From the NCBI GenBank assembly GCA_951406725.2, contig OX597814.1:147870001-147934000 (forward strand): 64,000 nt of DNA, written 5' to 3'. The notes beneath the pieces were generated by a model that searched no databases, was not told the DNA's origin, and worked only from the letters and a program-made list of their open reading frames with translations. The DNA comes from Octopus vulgaris. Taxonomy: Eukaryota. Below, piece by piece: positions 11,841 through 24,240 of the stretch (within the stretch, counting starts at the first letter, position 1; each line of letters starts with the position of its first letter). A program made the translations under genes and the position numbers.

Positions 11841-12010
11841 TACGGCGGGCTTTCTCCCAGTTTCCTTTCAATGAAATTTATCCATTATGGCATTAGTCGG
11901 TCCCAGGCTATATTAGAAGATACTTGCCCTGTGTACCACGCAGTAAAACTCAACGGGAAGCCACGTAGCTGCAAAACGAACCACATAACCACATAGCAAT
12001 GACTGCACCT
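11841..12010 (-). mobile_element. SINE family 1, 5' half
   Basis: 'gtcggtcccaggctatattagaagatacttgccc...ccacgcagt' is the reverse complement of the core in the 30620 and 33366 copies. Confidence 0.65.
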
Positions 12011-12557
12011 ATATATGTACGCGCACATACACCTCACGCCAATGCATACAATCGGGCACACACCCACGTTTATGCATACATACATACGTCTACCTTAAAA
12101 ACATATGTAGCCACACACGTATGTGTGTGTGTGTGTGTATATATATATACATATGTATATTGAGTGTATGAGAGAGAGAGATTGAGGTAATTGTACATGC
12201 ATAGAAATATGTGTGTTTAGGTTTTATATATATATATATATATAAATACACACGCACACAAATATATGTATATGTAGATGTGTATATAGATGTAAGTTTG
12301 CAACTTAGTGAAATGTTCTGGTCTTATTTTCGGAATGTCTCATGTATTATGTATGTATTAGTCTGATGAACAGGCGGAGAAACGTGTCTTGTAACAGACG
12401 TTTGATATTCGTGTCCTTTGTCTGTCATAACACGCCTTACACTGTTCTCAATTCTGATATATATAATACAGTTGCAGGGCATTTTGTTTCCTTTACAACT
12501 CTTTCATTTACAAGTCTGCTTTTGTTTCTGTTTCCGGCAATCTTTCCTGTTTGTTGC

Positions 12558-12617
<60 letters not shown>

Positions 12618-13995
12618 ATATAATTATATATAATTATATATATTATTATATATATATATATATGTGCATATATATAATATGTGTATGTGTATTTTTGTGT
12701 AGAAATATGTACGTACGAGTATACATATGTATGCATTTGATCTTATATATATATGCACATATACACATATGACATCTGAATTATTGTTCAATTCTAGTAT
12801 TAGACAATAGGAATGACTGTAATATATAGTTATGTATAGTAAACATAAAGACATAAAGTAGCACTCTCTATATCCATGTCTGTGTCTCCCTATGTACCAG
12901 CCTCTTTCTTCCTCTGTCTCTCCCTCTCCCTCTACACACACACGCGCGCGCACACGCGCGTACACACACACACTGTAATAAAACTTCAACAGCCGCTCTG
13001 TGCGAATTTCGGTGTATATCTATCTAATTTGTTCTAGTAAATATTATTTTACTCCACATCTTATATATTCTCAGTCCCTTTTAGAAATGGAGATATTTAT
13101 GTTGTACATGCATTAAATAAGGCACACACACTCACTCATGCACACACATGCACACACACAAACACACATACACACACACACACGTGGACGCATGTATGTA
13201 TGCTTTTGTCCCTCTATCGGCTCATGCACCTATACGTGTTAATTTTACTATATGTATTATCTTTACATTTCTCTTCTGTAATACAGAATATGTATTTACT
13301 CTATCTTAAACAAATTACGTAGAACAGTACAACAGACCATTCAGTGACTGTAATCATAATTTATTCTCAATTCACACGCACTATAGAGAATATTAACAAT
13401 ATTCGAATGCGTTTATAAGCTTTGGTACAGAATATTATTTCAATTCCCTAGTTATTTCAAGGCACAATAATGCCGCGTAGTAATTCATTGCTAGGACTAG
13501 ACTCTGCATGACGACACCGCAGTTATCACGTAATGCAGTTTATCAGAACACAACGGAGCCCTATATTCTCGATGTTCTAATTATAATCTTAGTTAACTGA
13601 GTCATACTTCAATATATTTGATACCTAATGAGACCGTCGAGTACAATGAACAGGTTTCAAAATCGCGCAGCAGTGAAATGAGGAGCGAAGATATGATCGC
13701 AGCTCAATCATTCATTTAATAATGCAGCTGTCGAGTGATTTTTCCGTCCTAATTATTTCCCGTCAGATTTGGTTAATATTACAATAATGATAATAATTAT
13801 ATATACATATCTATGAAAAATGCTCTAGTAAAAATTAAGGTTTATATGCTTCGTAAGAGTCACAGTGCTGGACTAAGAACTTCCAAAAGTATTTCCTCTA
13901 CCCCATTCTTCAAAATAATAATAATGATGATGATGATGATGATGATGGTGATGGTGGTGGTGGTGGTGGTGGTGGTGGTTATTAATATCATATTG

Positions 13996-14624
13996 TCTTT
14001 GCACAGCTTCTAACGCTGGATATCTACTATGGTGTCAGCTGTTCACTACCAGTGAACTAAGGTAACACCTCTTATTTTTCGAGCACCATCCGGAGTATTC
14101 GAGCAGTTCCAAGCAGTGCTGTTTTCTGCACGTGCTCCAGCCTTATTGCAGCATCTTCCATATACTTCTCAACATTTTTACTCACTGTTCTCATGACTCC
14201 GACAATTATTGGTATTGCTACCACCTTTTTCGGCGACCACAACTGTTTAACCTCCAAAGCTAACCTGTTATATATATTGACTCTTCTTTCTTCCTTATCG
14301 CATACCTTGTTGTCAGCTGGGCATGCTATATCTATGATCCAGCATCGTTTGCTTTCTTTCTCAATTAACAGTATGTCTGGTTTCCTATTCTTTATCTCAT
14401 AGTGGCACTGACTCATAAAATCCCATAGGTTCTTTGCATTATCATTTTCGAAGATGTCTTCGGGTTTATGTTCGTACCGCTTTTTTGCTCTGTCAAGTCC
14501 ATACTTGTTGCAAAGTGGCCAATGGACAATCCTTGCTATGTTGCCGTGACGTTTCATATTCTTTCTGGACTAGTGATATACATCCACTGGTAATATTCCC
14601 TACGGTTTCACTATTTTGTCAACA
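13996..14624 (-). mobile_element. 5'-truncated R4/Dong-clade non-LTR retrotransposon: zinc-knuckle remnant, restriction-like endonuclease and 3' UTR
   Basis: ORF 14072-14557 has RHGNIARIVHW, LWDF, RKPDILL, IIDIACP and QKTALLGTARILR (PD-(D/E)XK REL domain). A shifted upstream frame reads C*QNSETVGNITSGCISLVQKEY (decayed CCHC). A ~75-bp 3' UTR follows. The ORF start is internal, not a real gene start. Confidence 0.9.
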
Positions 14625-15659
14625 ATATTGTTATTGTTATTGTTGTTTTTTTATTAACTACCAAGTACTAAGAGGACATGTGGATAATACAACGGGAGAT
14701 TACGAGATACATTAATATACACGCATGCACATAGACACATAAACTTAAATACGCACACACACATACACATACACACATATATAAACACATATACATACAT
14801 TCACAAAAAATACATAAGTAAAAGCGATTCAGGTTGAAAAACAATAGAAATAGGTTTTTATTACAGAAATTGCATTACAAATAGTTTCACGATCGCGTAC
14901 ATAGAAACGTGCAAATAGTGTAAGAAAAAAAAGCAAAGAATTCGAATAACAAATAATTCCACAACTGGAGAAGCCCGAGAAATGCTCGTGGAACCCCAAC
15001 GAAATAGCGTCCACTCTGATAAGCAGGGTTAATGCTATCTCCCTATTATAGTTTCGTAGTCTACAAGCATAAGCTCAGAGTGAGCTCGCTCACTTAGACC
15101 GCCCTTGCCCCTCTCATTCACCTTTCAACACATTTGCAGGGAAGCAATACACTCGCTTCCACCCAGACTTTCCTTTTTCAAGGATGTTAGGTCATGAATT
15201 TTGTCTAGTATCTCAAGTTACACAAGAATCACAGCCAGAATCTTTCGGAATCATTTTTTAAATTTTTCACAGCTTCCGAGGGTCAATAAAAGCAAAAAAT
15301 GGAAAACGCATTTCGTTAAAAACAAGAAATCTAACAATCTCCGGTAAATGGTTTTTAAGTGAAAACTTTCAGTTTACTGTTACAGTTTTGTACGCACAGG
15401 GATTAAGATTACGGCCAGAGGGTTTAAGCAGGTTTCATCTTGGCCGAGAGGTGCACGGTCTGATTTATGCACAAAGCTGTTTTTCCTTCTGTTCGATCAA
15501 GCAAGTTTTGCGATACATTGAGCATAACTTTTCCGTTTTTTTTTTTTACAGGATTTTATGTTACTAGTAACAGTCACAAGCGACCTGCTATAGATACACA
15601 TATATGCATACATATGACTATATAGAATAAACACACGTTTTTTATATATATATATATTC

Positions 15660-15756
<97 letters not shown>

Positions 15757-16844
15757 CACACACGCTGATGTATGTATATTTAGCTATGTATTTCATTTAA
15801 TAAGTGTCCAGAAAACAATGAAGTTTATAAACAAATGATTGTATTCAGCAGGGAGCGATAAAATACTAACAGCCTAACCGAATCACATTAGATAATTCGA
15901 TAGAATGTACAATTCAATTGCCAAAATTGAATGAAAGTTACCAAAATGATAGTAAATTCAAAATCATTAATGGTTGCAGATTTGAATGTAGTTTAGAATC
16001 TTCTTTCAAATCTGAAAATAAATAAATAAATTTGTTTTAAGAGATAAGAGTGTATGTAAAGTTTTATAGCATCAAGCGATGAAGGTACTGTTTTGAAATT
16101 GTTCCGATAAAACACGTATATTATGAGTTATATTTGTGTTAGATTAGCGATAGAATGTATAGAAAAATTATGATTAACTTCTCTATATGTGTGTGTGTCA
16201 TAACTGGTTATGAAGTGAGACAAGACAACCCTTGAAGCACCACGCAAGTTTGAGGAAACATGCCTTCGATCGAGGTATATTTAATATAGATATGCAATGA
16301 TATTAAGATACAGAACAATATCATTCCTTGTAGAAGTGCCGAGCTGCAACAATGCTATTAGTATAACTTTCAATTCTTCAAACCCAATCCCTAGTGGCTC
16401 TAACTTCAAAACTGTATTCGTTCGCGCGCATGCACACATAGGCATACACGTGCATGTAACTATATACACGCATATATGATATTCTACACACGTGTATATA
16501 TGCTTGTATGTATACGTGGTTTGTATATGCACATGAGTAAGCACATATATACACAAACACACATACACACATTTGAAGAAGTGCCAATGAAAACGACATT
16601 AATACTTCGGTTTCTTTCAATGCTAGGAAACCCTTATTTTGTTAGAGAGGTCGATGAATTTGCATAATCTGCAGACCATCTGTCTCTATTGTCAAGTTAA
16701 ATCTCGTGGAAGTTCACTTTACATTTTAAATATCCAAGTCAGTTCAAATTACTACCATTCACGTACTGGGGTGAATCCAGTTGATAAATTTTCTGCCACA
16801 AAATATTTAGCTTGTTGCAATGCAAGAAATCATAATTATTGTGT

Positions 16845-17045
16845 GGTTTAGCCCCAGGTCAGCTCTTATGAATATTACATCCGATCAAAGACAATTCAGC
16901 CGTTACCATGCCGTCTTTTAAATTGATTGTGGCTTTATGTTATTTAATAAGACTTTTTTTCCTTTAGATAGAAGGTATTGATTTGATGAAGATTTAGTTG
17001 TTTTTTCTAGCAAGATGAGTGGTCACATAAAGGCTCTTCTTGGCA
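16845..17045 (+). repeat. Old dispersed repeat family, representative copy
   Basis: Motifs gtttagccccaggtcagc...gatcaaagac...ccatgccgtc and gatttagttgttttttctagcaag...ggtcacataaaggctc recur in decayed form near 2530, 17545, 18000, 18480-18850, 26920-27100, 37570, 54830 and 61560, and reversed near 28600, 34440, 38530 and 48230. Confidence 0.6.
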
Positions 17046-17660
17046 CGTTGTTATAATTATAATTATTCAAATCCATATGCGTCTTGGAAAATTTCAATTT
17101 CGATTATTATTCATTGTTTTTTTTTAAATTTCTTATTCATTTTGTTTTCTATTTCTTTGTCATTTAATTTAACTCAAAACTAAAAGTGAAAACCTAAGGT
17201 AAAAATAAAGTAATTTAATTGCAATTTTTAAAGGAAAGAAAATTGAAAGAAAATTTAATTTTACTTTCAAACGAAATTCAATTTTAATTAAATTTTTCCT
17301 TGAACGTTGAACATTGCAATTCTTCCTCATTACATGTGTAAATAAAGTAATTAGTTTTTGTACTAATAAACTAATGTGTTGCTATACTAGGCATAAGTTA
17401 GGCGTGAATAAGATTCTCCTTGGCTTGAGATAGTGTGTCTGTTATGCTGGGCAACTGTTAAGTCGTGTGAAGTAGTGAAATCTGCAAATATTTTGAAATT
17501 GCATAATGTTGAACGTGATAGTTTATTGTTTTATGTAGCAAGATATTGTTGTTTAGCTCTAAGCTCATCCTGATTAGGAAGACATACGACAAAAATCGTG
17601 CAACCGTTAGCATTTTTCCCCCTTTTAGTCTTAATTTTTAAGACAGTGTGTTTTAATTTT

Positions 17661-17990
17661 GGAAGAATATTAGGAATTTATTGACAGAAAAATTGACAAA
17701 TTAATGCACGAAACCAAACTGTAATTCGGTGGATCAATGTAAAAGAACTGGGTAAATAAAATATTAAAATAATTTTAGGCATATCGTAAGGGCAGAGAGT
17801 CGATAAGAAAATATTGACCACATGGAAAGATCACAGGAAAATACTAATGGGTTGATCTTGAGAAATAGATTGAAAGCATAACGAAGATAACACATTTGGA
17901 CATGCAGTAGTCTGTAAGAGCAAGAAGAGATAGAAATGATAGGAGAAAGTTGTTAGGCAAACTACCAATATTCAAAAAGTATGCAGTTAA
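17661..17990 (+). mobile_element. Decayed RTE-clade LINE 3' ORF remnant
   Basis: Frameshifted peptides RILGIY(W)TEKLTN (17664-), HIVRAES (17780-), GKITGK (17824-17841) and RDRN (17926-17937) occur in the order typical of RTE C-termini. Confidence 0.5.
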
Positions 17991-19257
17991 CGAGAGCACA
18001 ATTTAGGGAAATTTGGCTGCTTTTTATAGCAGTTCAGGTGACTAGGTAAAGTTTACCTCGTTTATAGTGGAAAGTCTTCTACTGTGGTGAATGACAAGCC
18101 GGATGCATATATGGTAATCTAGTTGGGAATTTTAAATAATCAGTTTACTTGTGCTGTAAGGAGATGTTTTGGGACATGATGTTGAACACTGAGTTTTGGC
18201 TTACAGTGTACTTACAGTAAGTGCACTAAGCAGTTGTGAATTGCTATGAAGTATTTACTCCAGGTCAGTACTGGGTCAAGCAGATATGCGATCAAACATG
18301 TTCTTAGCTTGGTTTTATTCATCTTCATTTGTATATTCAAATTATTGTTTTCTGAAAAAACCTTTTCCAAGACGCATTGTGTGTTTTGAGGCTGATTTAT
18401 ATAAAAGACAACTCTCATAGGTTAAACGACAGTGTAGACACCCTCACTTGAGATCGTAGTGACTTTTGTTTGCTGTTTTTGCTTAGCCCTTTTTAAATCT
18501 GTTCCCGAATATCTAAGATAAACAATTCCAGTCGTAACTATCCATCCCGTCTTTATCCGTGCTGAATCATTTGCTCTTGATGCTTTGACAAATGTCAAAA
18601 CCGAGTGAGATGACCTATGGTCATAGATATTCCGGCATTTATTTTCCAGGCATTTCTGAAGCATAGTTTATGCCCGACTACATAACCCGAGGGAAATATA
18701 CCTTCCTTTATTAAAAGACAGTAAGACATTTTATATATCAAGAATAATCTGTCTAATATATCCTATATTTTAAAGGTTAGGTTGTGATTTGAGAAAAAAA
18801 TATTTGCTAATATTTCCAACAGGCTGAGTGGTCACATACAGGCAAACGACTTGTTATGAATACACGAATTATCTGCCGGAATCTGTCCTGCCTTTGGATG
18901 GTGCACGTGAAGCAAAGCAGTTTTCGATGACACTGATCAGTTGCAATAGAATTTGCTAAATATCAACATTAAATGTTATATCAGGGTTCACGAAGACAAT
19001 TTTGCTGTTTAAGCAAAGGTCATCTCTAATAAATGAGACTTATGCTCAAGAGATATCTTTCCGTGAGCAACCCATTTTTTTTTACATAATCCAAACTGTG
19101 CATTCTTGTATCTTAAGCGAAATATGGTTGTTAGTTATTAAGTCAAGGTTAAACACTCGCGTAATATATGACGTTTAAAAGAATGTATGCTTATGTACAA
19201 AATAAACTTGTGGTTTTTAGAGGTATATTACATTCCTGTAATATATGTGAGACGGGG

Positions 19258-19437
19258 TTTTGTATCGTTAATGAAATAGTGCTTGTGTATGCATTTTGTA
19301 TCGTTAATGAAATAGTGCTTGTGTATGCATTTTGTATCGTTAATGAAATAGTGCTTGTGTATGCATTTTGTATCGTTAATGAAATAGTGCTTGTGTATGC
19401 ATATTGTATCGTTAATGAAATAGTGCTTGTGTATGCA
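19258..19437. repeat. 36-bp minisatellite, 5 copies
   Basis: Unit ttttgtatcgttaatgaaatagtgcttgtgtatgca x5 with one substitution in copy 5 and no spacers. Confidence 0.97.
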
Positions 19438-20699
19438 TTAAAAGCGCGTGTTCGTCTAAAGATGAACACGTGCATGCCAGACTAATTGTGTGTCTTTTGA
19501 AGGGAGTAAATTTTAATCAATAGTTCACTGTGAGTAGTAGCAGTCTCATCAAATGATCTAGTTTTGTTTCTTTATCAAAATTTATTTTTTCCTCATTTCT
19601 TCTTTCCTTACCTCTTCTTTCTGTCTAACATTTAAACTCCTTCACTCCCGCGCTTTCCTCCCCTTTTCAACAATCTATTTGTTTTTCTCTTTATTTGTAT
19701 CTCGGTGTCGCTATCTCTGTCTCTCTCTCTGTCTCTCTCTGTCTCTCTCTCTTTCTCACTCTGATTGTCTTTTTTATCTTTCCCACTATGTATTCTTCAC
19801 TCAATTGCCGATTCTCTCGCTCTTGATCAACATTAATTTTATTTATTAAATCATGAGAGATGCAAGTGAACGGTCAAGCCTTTGTGAAGTGGGAAAATGC
19901 ATTTCGGCAATTTTCTGATTTCAAATCCACCAGAGGCCAGCTTTGATTTTCGTAATTCAAAGGCTGTTAAAATAAAATACCAGTGAAATATTGGTGTCAT
20001 GTTAATCAACTGTTTCCTCCTCAATTATGTTTTCACATAATTATATTTATCAATCAGAGTTTGCAGGATATTTTCACTGCTAGATGTAGGTGAGAGTGAT
20101 ATGGTCGTGGTTCACTTGAAATCTCTGGAGGTTGATAATATAAAAAGCGAATGAATTGCAAGTCATTACGAAGAAGTGGAAAAAAGTTATGGCTTAGAAG
20201 GGAAAAGTTAGGGTTTAGGACGGAAAAGTTTCTTGGGATGGGAAAGATATAGAAAGGACCCGAAGACATGGGTGGATGAGGCTGGGCGCTTGCTCGATCA
20301 AAGACATAGATATCCTTAAAAACCAGGTCTTTAGGTCATGGTTGTAACGTAGAAATAGGTATTGCTACTTAAGTTTTATATTTTTGAGTGAGTATTTTAT
20401 CTTTTAATCAAAAGGGTTAGTAGTGTTAATGACAATTCAGAGAGTTACGAGAAAGTAGCTTCAAGAAAAAAGGAATCGTAAAGCCAGAGTTAGTGTTATG
20501 CGAGCATTGAGGATGTGTTATGATGAAATCAAGTATACTCGAGTTGTAACATAGTCGGAAATGATTCTGTTGACGACTGACTTCTGAGTTGCTGAGTAAG
20601 TATTTTAGTGGACGTTATGTCAATATTGAACGAGTATTAGGAAGAAAAACACGTGTATGAGTTGGGACTGTATTACTGATTAAATATTTGCATACACGA

Positions 20700-20970
20700 T
20701 TGGATTTTATACTGTTAAATCCAGTTTATAAGCAAGTATTGGTCATTATGGTTTGCTTAGGTCAGCGAATTATTGTCTTGTGAACAAGTCTTTGTATAGA
20801 TGAGAATTAACATTTCTGTTCATGTCTAAGTCGTACTGGTGAATGAGTCTTCCTGTTTGTTAGGGAAACTTGCGTCAGTAAATCTACGTGTTGTTGAATA
20901 TATCCGAGAATTCTTGTAAAGACTTACCCTATGTCGATATAGTTTCCTTTAACAGTTTATATACGACACC
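20700..20970 (-). pseudogene. Possible decayed GIY-YIG endonuclease of a Penelope-like element
   Basis: Minus strand gives GVVYKL (20953-20970), then across frameshifts KGNYI.., GKSLQE, RIY..H and NSHLYK, resembling GVVYxI-C-C-YIGQTGxxLxxRIxQH. Confidence 0.3.
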
Positions 20971-23014
20971 ACAAAATGATAAACTGTGTATATCTATATA
21001 TTTCAATGTTCGTCTCTCACTGTGCTAGATTCGTTTAGCTTTTCTGCTCTAATATTGTTTCCATTTATATTTCTTTCTCGATCTGCTAATGGATTTTCGA
21101 TATCTGCTTTCATGGGTGCTCTTATATTCCCCACATGGCGAAGTGTACTGCTGGTGTACAAACAAAAACTGAAAAACAGTTGCACATGCACACTTTTATG
21201 TATATTCATTCACACAGTCACACGAACACACACTATTTGCATAAATAATCGCATGTAAATAGTGACATACTTAGCCTTGCAATCACGCTGAAGTATACAT
21301 TTTTGATTGAATATATCTATTTATGCGTTTTCGTATGAATGTATGTGTACACACAGTTTACATATGTGCGTATATATATATATCAATAGCTAAAACATCG
21401 TTTTGCTATATATGTGTGTGTGTGTGTGTGTCTTATGCTGCCAGTTTTTTTTATGCATTCTATATTAGCAACTGTTATATATTCCAATATCTGACATATA
21501 TCGTGTCTGTATTTACATATGTTTGTGATACACATCTATTTTACGTTTTGTGTTTATCGTGTCAGTGATGCTTCGTTTACTGTGTGGCTTTTAATTCTCT
21601 TAGCTTCTGCTATGTTGCAGAAAGCCGGGTCACTTAATATAAAAATAATTTAACGTATATGGATGGAGAAACACGAGGACTAACAGTTTTGGAAAAAATC
21701 ATAATTTCAAAGACGGTTTCACGACTTTCCAGAGCATACGAACATTGCTTACTTTACAAAATTTTTGTTTAGAACTTCTTTTACATTGAGGCAGGCTATG
21801 AGTAGTAGATTCCTTGCATGCAATCTGTTTATTTATTTACCTGTTTATTTATTTGTTATTTAATATCCATATAACTTTCTGAAAGAAACATAATATCCTA
21901 GACCCCGCAAGGAAACCTATCTAAATTCATTTTTGTTTGTTACATAATTTGGACATCCTAGCTTCATAGCTTCAGTACGTTCTGTGATACGAGAAGCGAA
22001 CTCAGGAGAAGTAATAAATCCAACAAATAAATGATATAATAACGGTGGCATCTGTGTTTTTTATGGTGGATATGTCTGATGATAGGAATGACGTTAACAT
22101 AACACAAGTGTGTTCAGTTAATCTCCATAGGATTTACACGACATCCTTAGAAATATTGACATGCAACAGAATATCATATATTATCATTTTATATATTTTA
22201 TTATATTATATTGCAATTGTATGGTATTGTATTGTAGTATATGTTCGGATTTCAATGTAACAACATCGCGCCCCATTTTTTTTCTTCATTTTAGTATAAT
22301 AGGTGTTGAAAAGTAACTTTGTCTAAAGTGTATTCGAAGTAAATAAATAAATAGCAAATAATATAATTTAGAAATATAATATATAAAAAAATAAATTGCT
22401 ATAAAATGAAATCACAACGTCAATGGAAATTTAAAGCTTGAAAGTAAAAAAAAAAAAATGGAAAAAATATGACTATATAAATAATTGTGAATACGGGGAG
22501 AGTAAATAAATAAATAAATAAAAAAAATGAAATGAAATAAACTAACTCAAATAATGCTTCGCTTTCTCCTCTGTCCTCGTTAAGCAAACATGGCATTTTT
22601 TTATATTTTTAATTTCTTATTTTAGTTTTTTTCTCTTTTTTTTTTAGAAACTGTGATATTCTGTTGGCATAAGGAAGTCACTTCTGATCAATAATGTTTT
22701 ATTCTAGTATGGTTTACTGTTGGCTGCAGACATATTCCCAACTCATTGGGTAAACACAGATGTATCAATAGCGAGGGAAAATATTAATGGTTCACAATCA
22801 TCATCATCATCATCATCACGGTGACAACACCGACAGCGACGATCAAAACGATGTGGATGATGATGATGACAACGTTAATGTTGATGATTGTGATGATAAT
22901 AGTAATTATGATGATAACGGTGATGATAAATAATGATAATAAGTAATAAAACCCAGAAGTAACAATCAGACTCTAAAGTAATAATGATAAAGTTGATGAT
23001 GATAATAACAACAA

Positions 23015-23056
<42 letters not shown>

Positions 23057-23699
23057 TTAATAATAATAATGATGATGATGATAAGTAATGAGAATGGTGA
23101 TGATACTGATGACGATTATGATAATGAAAATATGAAATGTGGGAAGAAAAATAAATGAAAACCAATCACTAGTTTTATATTACTGTTGTTGAAATATCTT
23201 CCCTACCGAGAGAAGCCTACGCACGTATGAGCAAACATACATACAGCCCAACACATACACGCTCACACATAGATAGATACTATTAGCACCACCAACAAGA
23301 ACACCAACATTTATAGTAGCAGAAACGAGAAAGAAACAATCGAACACCATTATTAGATAGATATTGGGTGCTGAGGAATATAGAAGCCATTAAACTATAT
23401 TTCCTAACTTTCGTTCATCATCGAACTTCTAATGGAGATCGATGGAGATTGGGTTTTCGTTTATTTGTTTGTTTTGTTAATATTCTTTTATTTTTAGTGT
23501 CTCTTTATGTTCTGATCTTTAATGCCATCGAAACTAACACGTTTTTCACCCTTCAAAGTGTTGATAAAACTATGTACTACTCAAATAATGAGTAAATTCT
23601 GAGATCCAATCCCACCAAGGTCACCTTTGATTTTTATCCTTCCAAGCTGACAAAAAAAAATGAGAAAGAAAGTGAAAAAAAATACTTAACTAATAACGC

Positions 23700-23880
23700 C
23701 AAATTTATCGACCGAAATGACAAAATCGTTAGAGCTGCAGATAAATTGCCTTGCGGTATTTGTTGTGCCTCTGAAGAAACTTTTCATCTCATGTCCCTCT
23801 TAGGTCAGGTTTGCCTTTCATCTACTCGGTTATCGATTAACAAAATACAGTTCAGTACTAGGTTTCATTCTTACTACTCT
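23700..23880 (+). mobile_element. Degraded SINE family 2
   Basis: 'tgacaaaatcgttagagc...aaattgccttgcggtattt' and 'ggtttgcctttcatct...cgattaacaaaatacag' align with the 6176 copy. Confidence 0.45.
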
Positions 23881-24094
23881 CCCTCTTTTTCCCTTTCTCC
23901 CTCTTTCTCTCTTTCCCTTTCTCCCCCTCTTTCTCTAGGTGTATGTGTGTGTCCCCGCACGCTCTGAAACGCATACAGTTAATATACATTTATAGAAGAA
24001 ATTGGTTGTGGGAAAATCTGGAGCGATATGGTCTCTTGATGTTCCAAATATTGTCCAATATTGTCACGACAATGCTTCTGTACCCTTGTAACTG

Positions 24095-24240
24095 TCTTTT
24101 GCACAATGTTCGTGCATTCCATATTACACAAATCTTTTGAGTCGGCACAAGTGTACGGTAGAAAAACATTTGCCGAATGTGCCGCACATGTGTGATCGAA
24201 CCTAGATCCACGTTAGTGTGACGCGAACTTTTAAAGCATG
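24095..24240 (-). mobile_element. Degraded SINE family 1, 5' part
   Basis: 'gtagaaaaacatttgccgaatgtgccgcacatgtgtgatcgaacctagatccacgt' is the reverse complement of the family-1 B box and core. Confidence 0.5.

Noticed and set aside
14072-14557. Host nuclease gene
   Set aside because: It is the C-terminal fragment of a retrotransposon ORF; the upstream zinc knuckle is frameshifted and interrupted.
15525-15600. Splice acceptor (poly-T then tacag|G near 15551)
   Set aside because: No convincing exon frame or donor follows; such motifs are common in T-rich DNA.
19258-19437. CRISPR array (36-bp repeats) and the repeat ORFs 19168-19485 and 19191-19475
   Set aside because: Units are head-to-tail with no spacers, there are no cas genes, and the context is eukaryotic.
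20261-20282. Partial resemblance to miR-71 (also miR-7-like at 36620 and miR-9-like at 57890)
   Set aside because: Several mismatches, including in the seed, and no supporting precursor hairpin.
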